Source: an uncultured Acidobacteriota bacterium (lineage in GTDB: Bacteria > Acidobacteriota > Vicinamibacteria > Vicinamibacterales > 2-12-FULL-66-21). From it: 64,000 nt of DNA. Positions 10,086 to 18,329 of the stretch are shown in pieces (position 1 is the stretch's first letter; each line of letters starts with the position of its first letter). The stretch lies in the NCBI GenBank assembly GCA_963717745.1, contig CAVQXJ010000002.1:222063-286062 (forward strand), given 5' to 3'. The notes beneath the pieces are model-generated. The model searched no databases. It had not been told where the DNA came from and saw only the letters and a list, made by a program, of their open reading frames with translations. The translations under genes were made by a program, and so were the position numbers.

Positions 10086-10494
10086 CATCAACGTCTGGGT
10101 CGCGCTCACTTACGAGGGGCACGCGCACCACTCGAACGCCGCAGCGTGGTTTGCAACGGTGTCACGTGATGCGACCCTGGCTTTCTGCCGATTCACGCAA
10201 CTCGGCTTGCTGCGGCTGTTGACGGCGGAAGCCGTGATGAACGACGAGGTCATGTCCCAGCCGGAAGCGTGGGTGGCGTATGACCGATGGCTCGAGGATC
10301 CACGCGTCGAACTCGTTGGCGAGCCGGCGGAGATCGAGACCCGCTTTCGGGCGCTCACGCGCCTTCGCCAGCCAGCCACCAAAGACTGGGCCGATTCCTA
10401 CCTTGCCGCGTTCGCGACCGTCGGACAGCTGACGCTGGTGACCTTCGATCGGCGTCTGCGGGCAAAGGCGAAGTCGGCGATCCTGCTGGAGTAA
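10054..10494 (+). CDS. vapC: type II toxin, PIN-domain VapC-like ribonuclease
   Basis: FPDINVWVAL start, then ...DSYLAAFATVGQLTLVTFDRRL. The acidic-residue pattern fits a PIN domain. Start codon uncertain (10054 ATG used). Confidence 0.8.
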   Translation: MPPSTTSLFPDINVWVALTYEGHAHHSNAAAWFATVSRDATLAFCRFTQLGLLRLLTAEAVMNDEVMSQPEAWVAYDRWLEDPRVELVGEPAEIETRFRALTRLRQPATKDWADSYLAAFATVGQLTLVTFDRRLRAKAKSAILLE

Positions 10495-10497
10495 CCC

Positions 10498-10529
10498 CTG
10501 CGCGCCCTTCGCTCTGAATCGCGTGAGTG
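10498..10529 (+). repeat. 32-bp direct repeat, right copy (4 nt after the vapC stop)
   Basis: CTGCGCGCCCTTCGCTCTGAATCGCGTGAGTG. The only difference from the left copy is the middle base of the former stop codon (TAG vs TCG). Confidence 0.9.
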
Positions 10530-10564
10530 CGGGCTGGCGGCAATCAACGGAAGGGAGGGCTCTC

Positions 10565-12934
10565 ATGTGGTGGCGCATGCTCTGGTGGGACCAACTTCGT
10601 CAGGACGCCCGATCGGCGATCCGTAGCATCGCGAAGTCACCGGTGGCCTGCCTCGTCGCGGTCGCGTCGCTCGCCGGCGGAATCGGCGCGACGACGGCCA
10701 CGCTGACGCTTCGCAACGCGATCTTCTACAACCCGCCGCCGCTGTATGCGCAGCCGTCCGAGCTGTCGCGCCTCGAGATCAGCACCCCCGAGCGGCGCCG
10801 CGCCGGGATTCCTGGCGCGCTCTTCGACACCTGGCTGGCTGATGGCGTGTGGCAGGGCAGAATGGCCGCCGCGACCGCGGCTCGTGGTGCCGAGATTCGG
10901 GTGGGCGATCGAGTGGAAACTCGTCCAGTCCGTGCCGGGACCGCCGACCTGTTTGCGATTCTCGGCGTGCCGCTGGCGCTGGGTCGTGCGTTCCCGGCCA
11001 TGCCTGAACCGGACGGACCGCCGCCGCTGATCATCAGCTTCGCCGTGTGGCAGACGCTGTTCGACGGCCGCTCCGACGTGATCGGAACGACCGCCTGGGT
11101 GGGTCAGCGAGCGCACGTGGTCATTGGCGTGACGCCGGAGCGATTCTGGTTCGGCTCGTTGCAGGCGCCGCTGTGGACGTACTTGCCGCGCGAGGGCGCC
11201 GCCGCCCAGCCCGCGCTCGACGTTGTCGTGCGCCGTCCCCGACAGCTGTCGATCGCGGCTGTGGCCGAACAGCTCCAACACAGCGCTGAACCGTACCGCC
11301 AGCGCCAGCCGGCGGCAACGCGCGACGTGCGCGTGGTGGCATCCGGCATCGGTGGCACTGGACTCGGCGATCAGATGGCCGTGGTGATCCCCTACCTGGC
11401 CGGCGCCGCCGTGTTCCTGACACTCCTGATCTCGTGCGCGAACGTCGCGATTCTGATGTTCGCCCGCTGGACAGGCCGGGAGCGCGAGATGGCCATTCGC
11501 TCGTCGCTCGGAGCGCGGCGCGGACGTGTCGTGCAGCTGCTGTTGACCGAAGCCGTGTTGCTGGCCATCTGCGGTGGTGTGCTGGGCGTCTGCACGACAT
11601 TCGCGCTCCGTGGACTGTTCGTGCGCAATATGCGGGGCGCTCCCAATTTCGACCTGTCGATCGACTTCGTGATCCTGTTGCAATCAGCCGCGGTCACGAT
11701 CGCGGCCGGCATACTGGCCGGCATTGCGCCGGCGCTCTACGAGACGCGCCGCCTTCAGACGAACCCGCTACGGCTGCTCGCGACCTCCGACCGCGCCCGG
11801 CAACGCTGGCGGCACACGCTCGTCGTGCTCGAGATTTCGGTGACGGTCGCGTTGATGGTGGTCGCGGCGGGACAGATCGACGCCTCGCGACGGATGCTGT
11901 CATCTGGCGTCGGATTCCCGACGGCGCCTCTGATGACGGCGCGCGTGGAGAATCCCGGAGGCGTGGATGTGGCCCGTGTGCTCGACCTGCTCCGGGCGAT
12001 GCCCGGCATCGAGGGCGCAGGAGCCGGTACCGCTTTCCCGATGGCAGTCGGAGCGCCCACGGAGCGTGTGTCGGCCCCCCCTGGTTCCATCGTGGTGGCA
12101 GCGGAGCGCGTATCGATCACTCCGGACTATTTCACGACCCTCGACGTGCCGCTGCGCGCGGGCCGGACATTCACCACCGCGGATGGGAACGGGCAGCCAC
12201 GCGTGGCCATCGTCAACGAAACGCTTGCCCGCCAGCTGTGGGGCGACCGCAATGTCGTGGGCGATCGGCTCACCGCCGGTGGGCAGGCGTATGAAATCGT
12301 CGGCATGGTCGCCGGCTACGCGCGCGGCCCGATGCGTGGACCGGTGCCGCGATACTACCTGCCGTTCGCGGTCGAACCGTCACCGGTCCGCCTGCAGGTC
12401 ATCGTTCGTGCGACGCAGGATCCGCGGCCGCTCGTCACGCGGATCCGGCAGGAAGTCCGACATCTCGGCCCGAACTACTCCGTGCCTTCGGCATTCGCGC
12501 TCGACGACGTCATCGAAGTGGGGGCCAGGGAGATGCTCGCATTCGGCGTGGCGATGAGCCCCTTACTCGCGATTGGCGTCTTCCTGACCGCGACCGGCAT
12601 CTTCGGCGTGCTCGCATTCGCCATCACGCGGCGCGCGAAGGAACTGGCGCTGCGAATTGCCCTCGGCGCCGGCCGGAGTGAGATCGTCCGCGTGGTCATC
12701 GTTCAGACGCTGGGATTGGTGACGATCGGCTCCGCGCTCGGCGTCGCGGTCACGCTCGGCCTTTCCAGGATGGTGGGGGCGGCCGGCGGTGGCGGAAGCT
12801 CATTCGGCACTCCCGGCTGGGAGGCCTTCGCCATTCCGGTGCTGCTCGTCCTCGGCGTCGGCGCGCTGGCGAGCTGGATTCCGATCGCACGCGCCCTGCG
12901 AATCGATCCGGCGATGGTGCTCAAGACGGAGTGA
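10565..12934 (+). CDS. ADOP-family duplicated FtsX/MacB-like ABC permease, paralog 3
   Basis: ORF 10523..12934 trimmed to ATG 10565 with GGAAGGGAGGG upstream. Has MWWRMLWWDQLRQDARSAIRSI, two FtsX-like blocks, and a C-terminal DPAMVLKTE. Confidence 0.9.
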   Translation: MWWRMLWWDQLRQDARSAIRSIAKSPVACLVAVASLAGGIGATTATLTLRNAIFYNPPPLYAQPSELSRLEISTPERRRAGIPGALFDTWLADGVWQGRMAAATAARGAEIRVGDRVETRPVRAGTADLFAILGVPLALGRAFPAMPEPDGPPPLIISFAVWQTLFDGRSDVIGTTAWVGQRAHVVIGVTPERFWFGSLQAPLWTYLPREGAAAQPALDVVVRRPRQLSIAAVAEQLQHSAEPYRQRQPAATRDVRVVASGIGGTGLGDQMAVVIPYLAGAAVFLTLLISCANVAILMFARWTGREREMAIRSSLGARRGRVVQLLLTEAVLLAICGGVLGVCTTFALRGLFVRNMRGAPNFDLSIDFVILLQSAAVTIAAGILAGIAPALYETRRLQTNPLRLLATSDRARQRWRHTLVVLEISVTVALMVVAAGQIDASRRMLSSGVGFPTAPLMTARVENPGGVDVARVLDLLRAMPGIEGAGAGTAFPMAVGAPTERVSAPPGSIVVAAERVSITPDYFTTLDVPLRAGRTFTTADGNGQPRVAIVNETLARQLWGDRNVVGDRLTAGGQAYEIVGMVAGYARGPMRGPVPRYYLPFAVEPSPVRLQVIVRATQDPRPLVTRIRQEVRHLGPNYSVPSAFALDDVIEVGAREMLAFGVAMSPLLAIGVFLTATGIFGVLAFAITRRAKELALRIALGAGRSEIVRVVIVQTLGLVTIGSALGVAVTLGLSRMVGAAGGGGSSFGTPGWEAFAIPVLLVLGVGALASWIPIARALRIDPAMVLKTE

Positions 12935-12955
12935 GAGACGCCGTCGGACGACTGC

Positions 12956-14539
12956 TCAGTACCCGATCCGGCGGAGGGCTTCTGCGCCACGGCGCTCGCT
13001 CAGCTGCGCCAGATACAAGCTCGGCGGTGACACAGGGACCCCGGGAGACTCGATGGTCTCCGAGGGAATCTCCGGGATCGCGATCGCGTTCCCGTGCCAC
13101 GACACCGGCGTCGGACGACCGGTGCATCCGATGCACCAGTTCTTCGCGCCCGGAGGCTGCTGGATCAGCAGGTAATCGGTCTTGACGTTCCACGCGACCG
13201 CCCAACCGACGCTCCAGCCGTGGCCGGACCCGGCGTACTCGCGGTTTGCGAACGCGAGGTTCGGCCGGCGGTCCGTGCCGTTGAGGAATTCGCTGCTGTC
13301 CACGAGCAACCCGGTGGCCCAGCGCTGGTGCGGCGCCACACCCGCTTCGTCAGCCTTGAAGTTGAGCACGACATTCGGTCCCGTCACGCCGGCTTGCGTG
13401 ACGATCGGCCACACCCGCTTGCCCCGCACGGTCGAACGGTGCACGAGAATCTGCGTCCCGGAGATGGCGATGTCGGCTGGCGACGCCGCTCCGCTGAAGG
13501 GCACCGTATGGCGGATGTGGATACCTTCCAGGGTGATCCGGCGGGTGGTCGGGCCGAGCGTGATCGTGTTCTGAGTGTCGACCACGGCGATGTCGCGAGC
13601 CCAGGCATCGCTGACCGCGTTCATGCGCAGCAGCGTGTACTGGCCCTCGGTGATGGGGGCGTCGCGCGGCGGAACGACGACGCGAAGTGATTCGACGCCC
13701 ACCTGTTCGATGCGGCCCGGAAACACGTACTTGACGATCGCTGCGCCAGGCGGGTTGAGGTGCGCGGCGTCGTAAGAATCCGACAGCGGCACATCCAGCG
13801 TGACGCGGTCGCCCGCGACAGACGCAACCGTGCGATCGGCGTCGATCGTCGTGCCCGGCGCGATCCACACCTGCGGCTTGCCGTCGCGGCTCAACTTGTC
13901 CATGTTCATGAAGCGAATCCAGGCGTCGGTGACCGGCCGCCGGATCAGCACGTGGTCGCCAGGCTTGAACCGTGCGGCTCCATCGACGCGGACGTGACCG
14001 GTTCCTGACGGGACGTACGCATCCACGATCGCCGCAGGCGCGCCATCCGGCTGCCACGTGCCGGTCCCGGTCATGTCCAGGAATCGATGCGGCGGCCCCG
14101 TCACGCTCATGACGGTGCCGGTGTCGCCGGAGCCGCTGCCGCGGAGCACGACGCCAGTGGCGGCGATGCGCAGCGTCCCACTCACTTCATACGTGCCAGG
14201 CTGCAACAGCACGGCGCCGCGAAAGCCATCGGGCCCGATCGGCGCGCGCGACACCTCGTCGAGCGCGGCCTGAATCAGGGCCGTGTTGTCACCCGCCGAT
14301 GCGCCGAGCCTGCGCACGACCGGCACCACGGGCAGGGCCACGCCGCCGCCTCTGTAGCCCGCGTGCGAGAAGTCCATGACCCGGTTGCCGCGTGGATCCG
14401 CCGCGTAGCGCAACGTCTGCTGGGCGTCCAGGTACACCCATTTGGATCGACCCTGCCCGGCGAGTGTCAACGTGGTGAAAAGGACGAGCAGGAAGGTCGT
14501 AACGGGCTTCACGGCGTCCAATTGTAACCGTGGAGTCAT
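12956..14539 (-). CDS. secreted right-handed beta-helix (pectate-lyase-fold) protein
   Basis: ORF 12956..14761 trimmed to ATG 14539 (MTPRLQLDAVKPVTTFLLVLF signal). MDFSHAGYRGGG...NTALIQAALDEV...GTYEVSGTLRI resembles pectate_lyase_3-type N-termini. Confidence 0.75.
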   Translation of the reverse strand: MTPRLQLDAVKPVTTFLLVLFTTLTLAGQGRSKWVYLDAQQTLRYAADPRGNRVMDFSHAGYRGGGVALPVVPVVRRLGASAGDNTALIQAALDEVSRAPIGPDGFRGAVLLQPGTYEVSGTLRIAATGVVLRGSGSGDTGTVMSVTGPPHRFLDMTGTGTWQPDGAPAAIVDAYVPSGTGHVRVDGAARFKPGDHVLIRRPVTDAWIRFMNMDKLSRDGKPQVWIAPGTTIDADRTVASVAGDRVTLDVPLSDSYDAAHLNPPGAAIVKYVFPGRIEQVGVESLRVVVPPRDAPITEGQYTLLRMNAVSDAWARDIAVVDTQNTITLGPTTRRITLEGIHIRHTVPFSGAASPADIAISGTQILVHRSTVRGKRVWPIVTQAGVTGPNVVLNFKADEAGVAPHQRWATGLLVDSSEFLNGTDRRPNLAFANREYAGSGHGWSVGWAVAWNVKTDYLLIQQPPGAKNWCIGCTGRPTPVSWHGNAIAIPEIPSETIESPGVPVSPPSLYLAQLSERRGAEALRRIGY

Positions 14540-14559
14540 AGACCCGCCGATGAGGCGAC

Positions 14560-14684
14560 GAAGGTACCGGATCTCAAAAACGGAGCAACGGAGATAACGA
14601 AGAGAACGGAAAAGAAAAAATATTTTGTCTTCTTCGTTTCCTCCGTTCTCTCCGTTGCTCCGTTTTTGAGATCCGTTCCCTCGA
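14560..14684. repeat. repeat family A copy 1: AT-richer ~125-bp imperfect palindrome
   Basis: 14569-14594 GGATCTCAAAAACGGAGCAACGGAGA is the exact reverse complement of 14649-14674. Shares its termini and inner AACGGAG/AACGAAG units with 26517-26656. Confidence 0.9.
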
Positions 14685-14739
14685 TATGTGGCTGGCGAAT
14701 CGACGCCGGATCTGACCTCGGCGGCCGCGGGCGTGCCGT

Positions 14740-15270
14740 ATGATGCGGCAACGAGGAGCATCGATGATTTCTCACCTCACATACCGCCCGCGCGACGGGA
14801 TCCTCTTCGGCGCGGTGGCCGGCAGGACGATTCGGCTGGCGACTCTTCACAGTCAGCCTGCCATGGCGATGGACGCATGGCGTCAGGCCGCTCAATCCGC
14901 CGGGAGCCGTGTCGTCGGTTGGCCCAAGCAACAGGAGATTCGTACGGGCGTGCCGGCGGGGTCGGTCCAACACAGCCTGACGGTCGCCGAGAACGCCGCC
15001 CTCGAGATCTACGATTATCCGGGAGCCTACGCGCAGCGTTTCGATGGCGTTGATCCGGGTGGCGCGGCCGGAGGCTCGAATCACCCGCATCACGTTCGCA
15101 TGGTGTGGGTCAGGTTGGCACCCGGAACCCGATTCCCCGGGGGCGGATTCCACCTCCATGGCCCACCCCCATGTGGCAATCCAGGGTGCATCGTGATCGG
15201 CCAGGATTGGGAGTCGCTGTTCCAGGCGCTCAAAGCGACGGGGCGAGTCTCCTTCGCCGTCGAGCTCTGA
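14740..15270 (+). CDS. hypothetical protein with DUF2778/Tlde1-like (L,D-transpeptidase-fold) C-terminal region
   Basis: 176-aa ORF. GGFHLHGPPPCGNPGCIVIGQDWESLFQALKATGRVSFAV resembles the xFxIHG...GCIxL...LxV end of DUF2778 proteins (recollection). The N-terminal half is unassigned. Confidence 0.45.
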   Translation: MMRQRGASMISHLTYRPRDGILFGAVAGRTIRLATLHSQPAMAMDAWRQAAQSAGSRVVGWPKQQEIRTGVPAGSVQHSLTVAENAALEIYDYPGAYAQRFDGVDPGGAAGGSNHPHHVRMVWVRLAPGTRFPGGGFHLHGPPPCGNPGCIVIGQDWESLFQALKATGRVSFAVEL

Positions 15271-15323
15271 CTCACGGCGTTGAGCGGACCGAGCCGGCGA
15301 GTGTCGGCCTCGACGCCATCTAG

Positions 15324-16472
15324 ATGACCATCGTCTTTCTCGCTACGGCCGCCTTGTTCGTCGCCTGGAGCCTGTCCGCGCTCTGGCACCAGCGGTGGGC
15401 GCGGCGGCTGCCGCCGCTCGAGGCGCTCGCCGCACCGGCCGGATCGGACACCGACGTGCGCTGCTCGGTGATCGTCGCCGCGCGCGATGAGGAAGCGCGC
15501 CTCGAAGCGACGGTTCGCCATCTGCTCGCGCAGCGCCACGTCGCACTCGAGGTGATCGTTGTCGACGATCGATCCACCGACGCGACCGGCGAGATCCTGC
15601 GGCGGCTCGCGGCCGAGGATGCCCGCGTTCGTGCGATGCGCGTCGAGCACCTGCCGGACGGCTGGCTGGGCAAGTCACACGCGTGCCACGTCGGCGCCAG
15701 TGCGGCGACGGGCGACTGGCTGCTCTTCACCGATGCCGACTGCTGGCTGAGGCCGGACGTGATCGCGCGTGCGCTCGGTGTCGCCGCTCGAGATGCTGCC
15801 GATCACATCACCCTGACGCCCGGCATCGCCGCCGAAACGCTCGGCGCCCAGGCCTGGCACCTCGCGTTCCTGGGAAGCCTGGGGAACTGGATGTCGGGCG
15901 TGAATCGCGATCGGCCGGGCGCACACCTCGGCATTGGCGCGTTCAACTTGGTACGGGGCCCCGCCTACCGCGCCTGCGGCGGCTACGAAGCGCTGCGTCT
16001 GACGATTGTGGACGACATCAAGCTGGGCCTGCTGCTGCACCGCGCCGGAGCACGCACGCGCGCGTTCCTCGGCGGATCCGACGTGGAGTGTCATTGGGGC
16101 ACCACCGTGCCGGGCATGATGAAGATCATGGAGAAGAACTACTTCGCCGCGGTCGATTTCAGGGTAGGCCCGGTGGTGGCGGGAGCCAGCGTCGTCACGC
16201 TGATCGCGGGCATCTGCCTCCTCGGCTTGTGGACGGGAACCCCCGCCGGCATCTCCGCGGCGCTCGCGCCGTGGGCGCTGACGCTTCCAGCCGCCGTCTT
16301 CGCGCGGCGGTTGGGATGGCCTCCAGCCAGTGCGGCTCTCACACCGCTGTTCTACCCGGTCTTGTTCGTCGCGGTGGTGAACTCGGCGGTCGTGACGCTC
16401 CGGCAGGGCGGGGTCCGGTGGCGCGAGACGTTCTATTCCCTCGACACCTTGCGCCGGGGCAACGTCCGGTAA
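15324..16472 (+). CDS. family 2 glycosyltransferase, membrane-anchored
   Basis: SVIVAARDEEARL...VIVVDDRSTDATGEIL...LLFTDADCWLRPDV (GT2 DxD region), followed by C-terminal TM helices. Confidence 0.85.
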   Translation: MTIVFLATAALFVAWSLSALWHQRWARRLPPLEALAAPAGSDTDVRCSVIVAARDEEARLEATVRHLLAQRHVALEVIVVDDRSTDATGEILRRLAAEDARVRAMRVEHLPDGWLGKSHACHVGASAATGDWLLFTDADCWLRPDVIARALGVAARDAADHITLTPGIAAETLGAQAWHLAFLGSLGNWMSGVNRDRPGAHLGIGAFNLVRGPAYRACGGYEALRLTIVDDIKLGLLLHRAGARTRAFLGGSDVECHWGTTVPGMMKIMEKNYFAAVDFRVGPVVAGASVVTLIAGICLLGLWTGTPAGISAALAPWALTLPAAVFARRLGWPPASAALTPLFYPVLFVAVVNSAVVTLRQGGVRWRETFYSLDTLRRGNVR

Positions 16473-16555
16473 ATCTCACCCGCCGCCCGCGTCGCGAACT
16501 CCTATGAGCTGCTTGATCCGTGCGCCGTGATGGCAGTCGGCTAATATCCGACTCG

Positions 16556-17260
16556 ATGCTCGACGGATGGACAGACCGAGTGCCACCCCTGCAGGGCGAC
16601 CTGACGACGCTTCGCGAAGTCGCCGCATCCGACGTTCATACGCTGTTCACCTTGTTCTCGGATCCTGCCGTGACCGCGTACATGGCTCCTCCGCCGCCGA
16701 CGCTCGCCAAGTTTGCGGGATTTGTCGAATGGTCACACCAGCAACGCGCGCAAGGCCATGGCGTCTGCTTCGGAATCGTTCCTGGTGGCATGAGGGCAGC
16801 AGTCGGGATCCTCCAGGTCCGCCTGGAGCCAACGTTGTCAGACGCCGAATGGGGATTCGTGCTGAGTTCTCATTTCTGGTCCACGGGCGTGTTTTCCGAC
16901 GCGGCCAACGTGCTCGTGGAGTTTGCGTTCACGACCATGCACGTTGAGCGTCTCGAAGCGCGCATCGCTCTGCGCAATCGGCGCGCACACGCCGCCGTGC
17001 AAAAGCTCGGTGCGCGGTTCGAGACGGCGCTCCCGCGGTCGTCACCACAGGGCATGCCGCGCGATCCCGAGTCGGTGTGGACCCTGCGGGAACACGACTG
17101 GCGGAACCGGACGCGCGATCCTCGTGTCTCAGCCCACGACGCGGCGCAACGGATCCGGACGGCGGTCGAAGCGGCGGAGAGCGAGGTGCGGCGAAGCGAC
17201 GCGCCTGAGACGGTCGAACCGTATCCGTTGTTCCTGTTTGACCGCCGCCGACGAGAATGA
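16556..17260 (+). CDS. GNAT-family N-acetyltransferase (RimJ/RimL-like)
   Basis: ORF 16520..17260; ATG at 16556. LREVAASDVHTLFTLFSDP...CFGIVPGG...VGILQV...ERLEARIALRNRRAHAAVQKLGARFE. Confidence 0.75.
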   Translation: MLDGWTDRVPPLQGDLTTLREVAASDVHTLFTLFSDPAVTAYMAPPPPTLAKFAGFVEWSHQQRAQGHGVCFGIVPGGMRAAVGILQVRLEPTLSDAEWGFVLSSHFWSTGVFSDAANVLVEFAFTTMHVERLEARIALRNRRAHAAVQKLGARFETALPRSSPQGMPRDPESVWTLREHDWRNRTRDPRVSAHDAAQRIRTAVEAAESEVRRSDAPETVEPYPLFLFDRRRRE

Positions 17261-17349
17261 TGCGGCGCGGCCGAGTTGCGACGGGCTGACGCAGAGGATG
17301 TGTGGGAATGTGCAGCGACAGATAGCTCACTAGCCGGTGACGCGAATGG

Positions 17350-18237
17350 CTACCCTGGCCGGGGCCAGAGCTCCGCGAGCGCACGCGCGACCGCCTCGTC
17401 GGCGACGCCCACGTCGTTGTGCCCGCCGCGCAGTTCGAGCATCACCTTGCGCCCGGGAAATCTGCCGAACAGGGCCCGTGCCGCGTCGAGGGGGACCAGC
17501 CAGTCGCCGGGCGCGTGCACCTGCATCACGGGGACCGTCACGCGTGACGCCTTGGCCATCGAGTCGAATCGCTGCGACGCGAGCAGGGACACCGGCGCCC
17601 AGAAGTAGAGGCGAGCGGCGGTCGCCGGCACCGAATCGATCGCGCTGAGCAGGAGCAACCCGCCCGACGGCACACGGGTGGCCAGTTCCACGGCGACCGC
17701 CGAACCAAGCGATCGCCCTGCGAGGATGATCCGATGAGGCGGCACACCGAGCCGGAGCGTGAGGTGCCGGTAGGCGGTCTCCGCATCCTCGTAAAGGCCG
17801 GATTCGGAGGGGGTGCCGGGATTTCGGCCGAAGCCGCGGTAGTCGAACGCGAGCACGTTATAACCCGCGGCGCGCAATGACTCCAGCTGGCGGCGCATGT
17901 GGCCGTGAATGGTGCGTCCGCTGGGTGGGCAGAACAGGATCCAGTAGGCCGACGGCCGGTCCGGTGCGAGCGACAGCGCGTCGAGCGGGACGCCATCGGC
18001 GGTTCGCAGCTGGATGAGGCCCGACCCAGGCACCGGCGCCGGGCGTCGCGAGCGGCGTGCCATGAACACGAGGCTTGACTCGTTCGTCCAGAGACACGCC
18101 ACCGACCCGGACCACAGGCTGGCGGCCATCACGGCCAGCACCGTGGGCCAGAACGCCCGCGGCCGCACGCGCGGCGGCTGCGCATCGAAGATAAAGGGCC
18201 GGGTCGTGAACGTCCGTTGCAACGTCAGGTCTGACAC
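17350..18237 (-). CDS. alpha/beta-fold hydrolase with N-terminal TM anchor
   Basis: ORF 17350..18441 trimmed to GTG 18237 to avoid overlap with the upstream gene. Has a GRSLGSAVAV nucleophile elbow, DYRGFG, and a C-terminal GGHND. Confidence 0.75.
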   Translation of the reverse strand: MSDLTLQRTFTTRPFIFDAQPPRVRPRAFWPTVLAVMAASLWSGSVACLWTNESSLVFMARRSRRPAPVPGSGLIQLRTADGVPLDALSLAPDRPSAYWILFCPPSGRTIHGHMRRQLESLRAAGYNVLAFDYRGFGRNPGTPSESGLYEDAETAYRHLTLRLGVPPHRIILAGRSLGSAVAVELATRVPSGGLLLLSAIDSVPATAARLYFWAPVSLLASQRFDSMAKASRVTVPVMQVHAPGDWLVPLDAARALFGRFPGRKVMLELRGGHNDVGVADEAVARALAELWPRPG

Positions 18238-18329
18238 CGGGCAGCCGCGTTTGTTCCGCCTGAAGCTGTCGGAACGCACGAGCCCGCGGACGGCCTTTCC
18301 GGCTTCTTCGCAGGCACGTCCGCGAAGCC

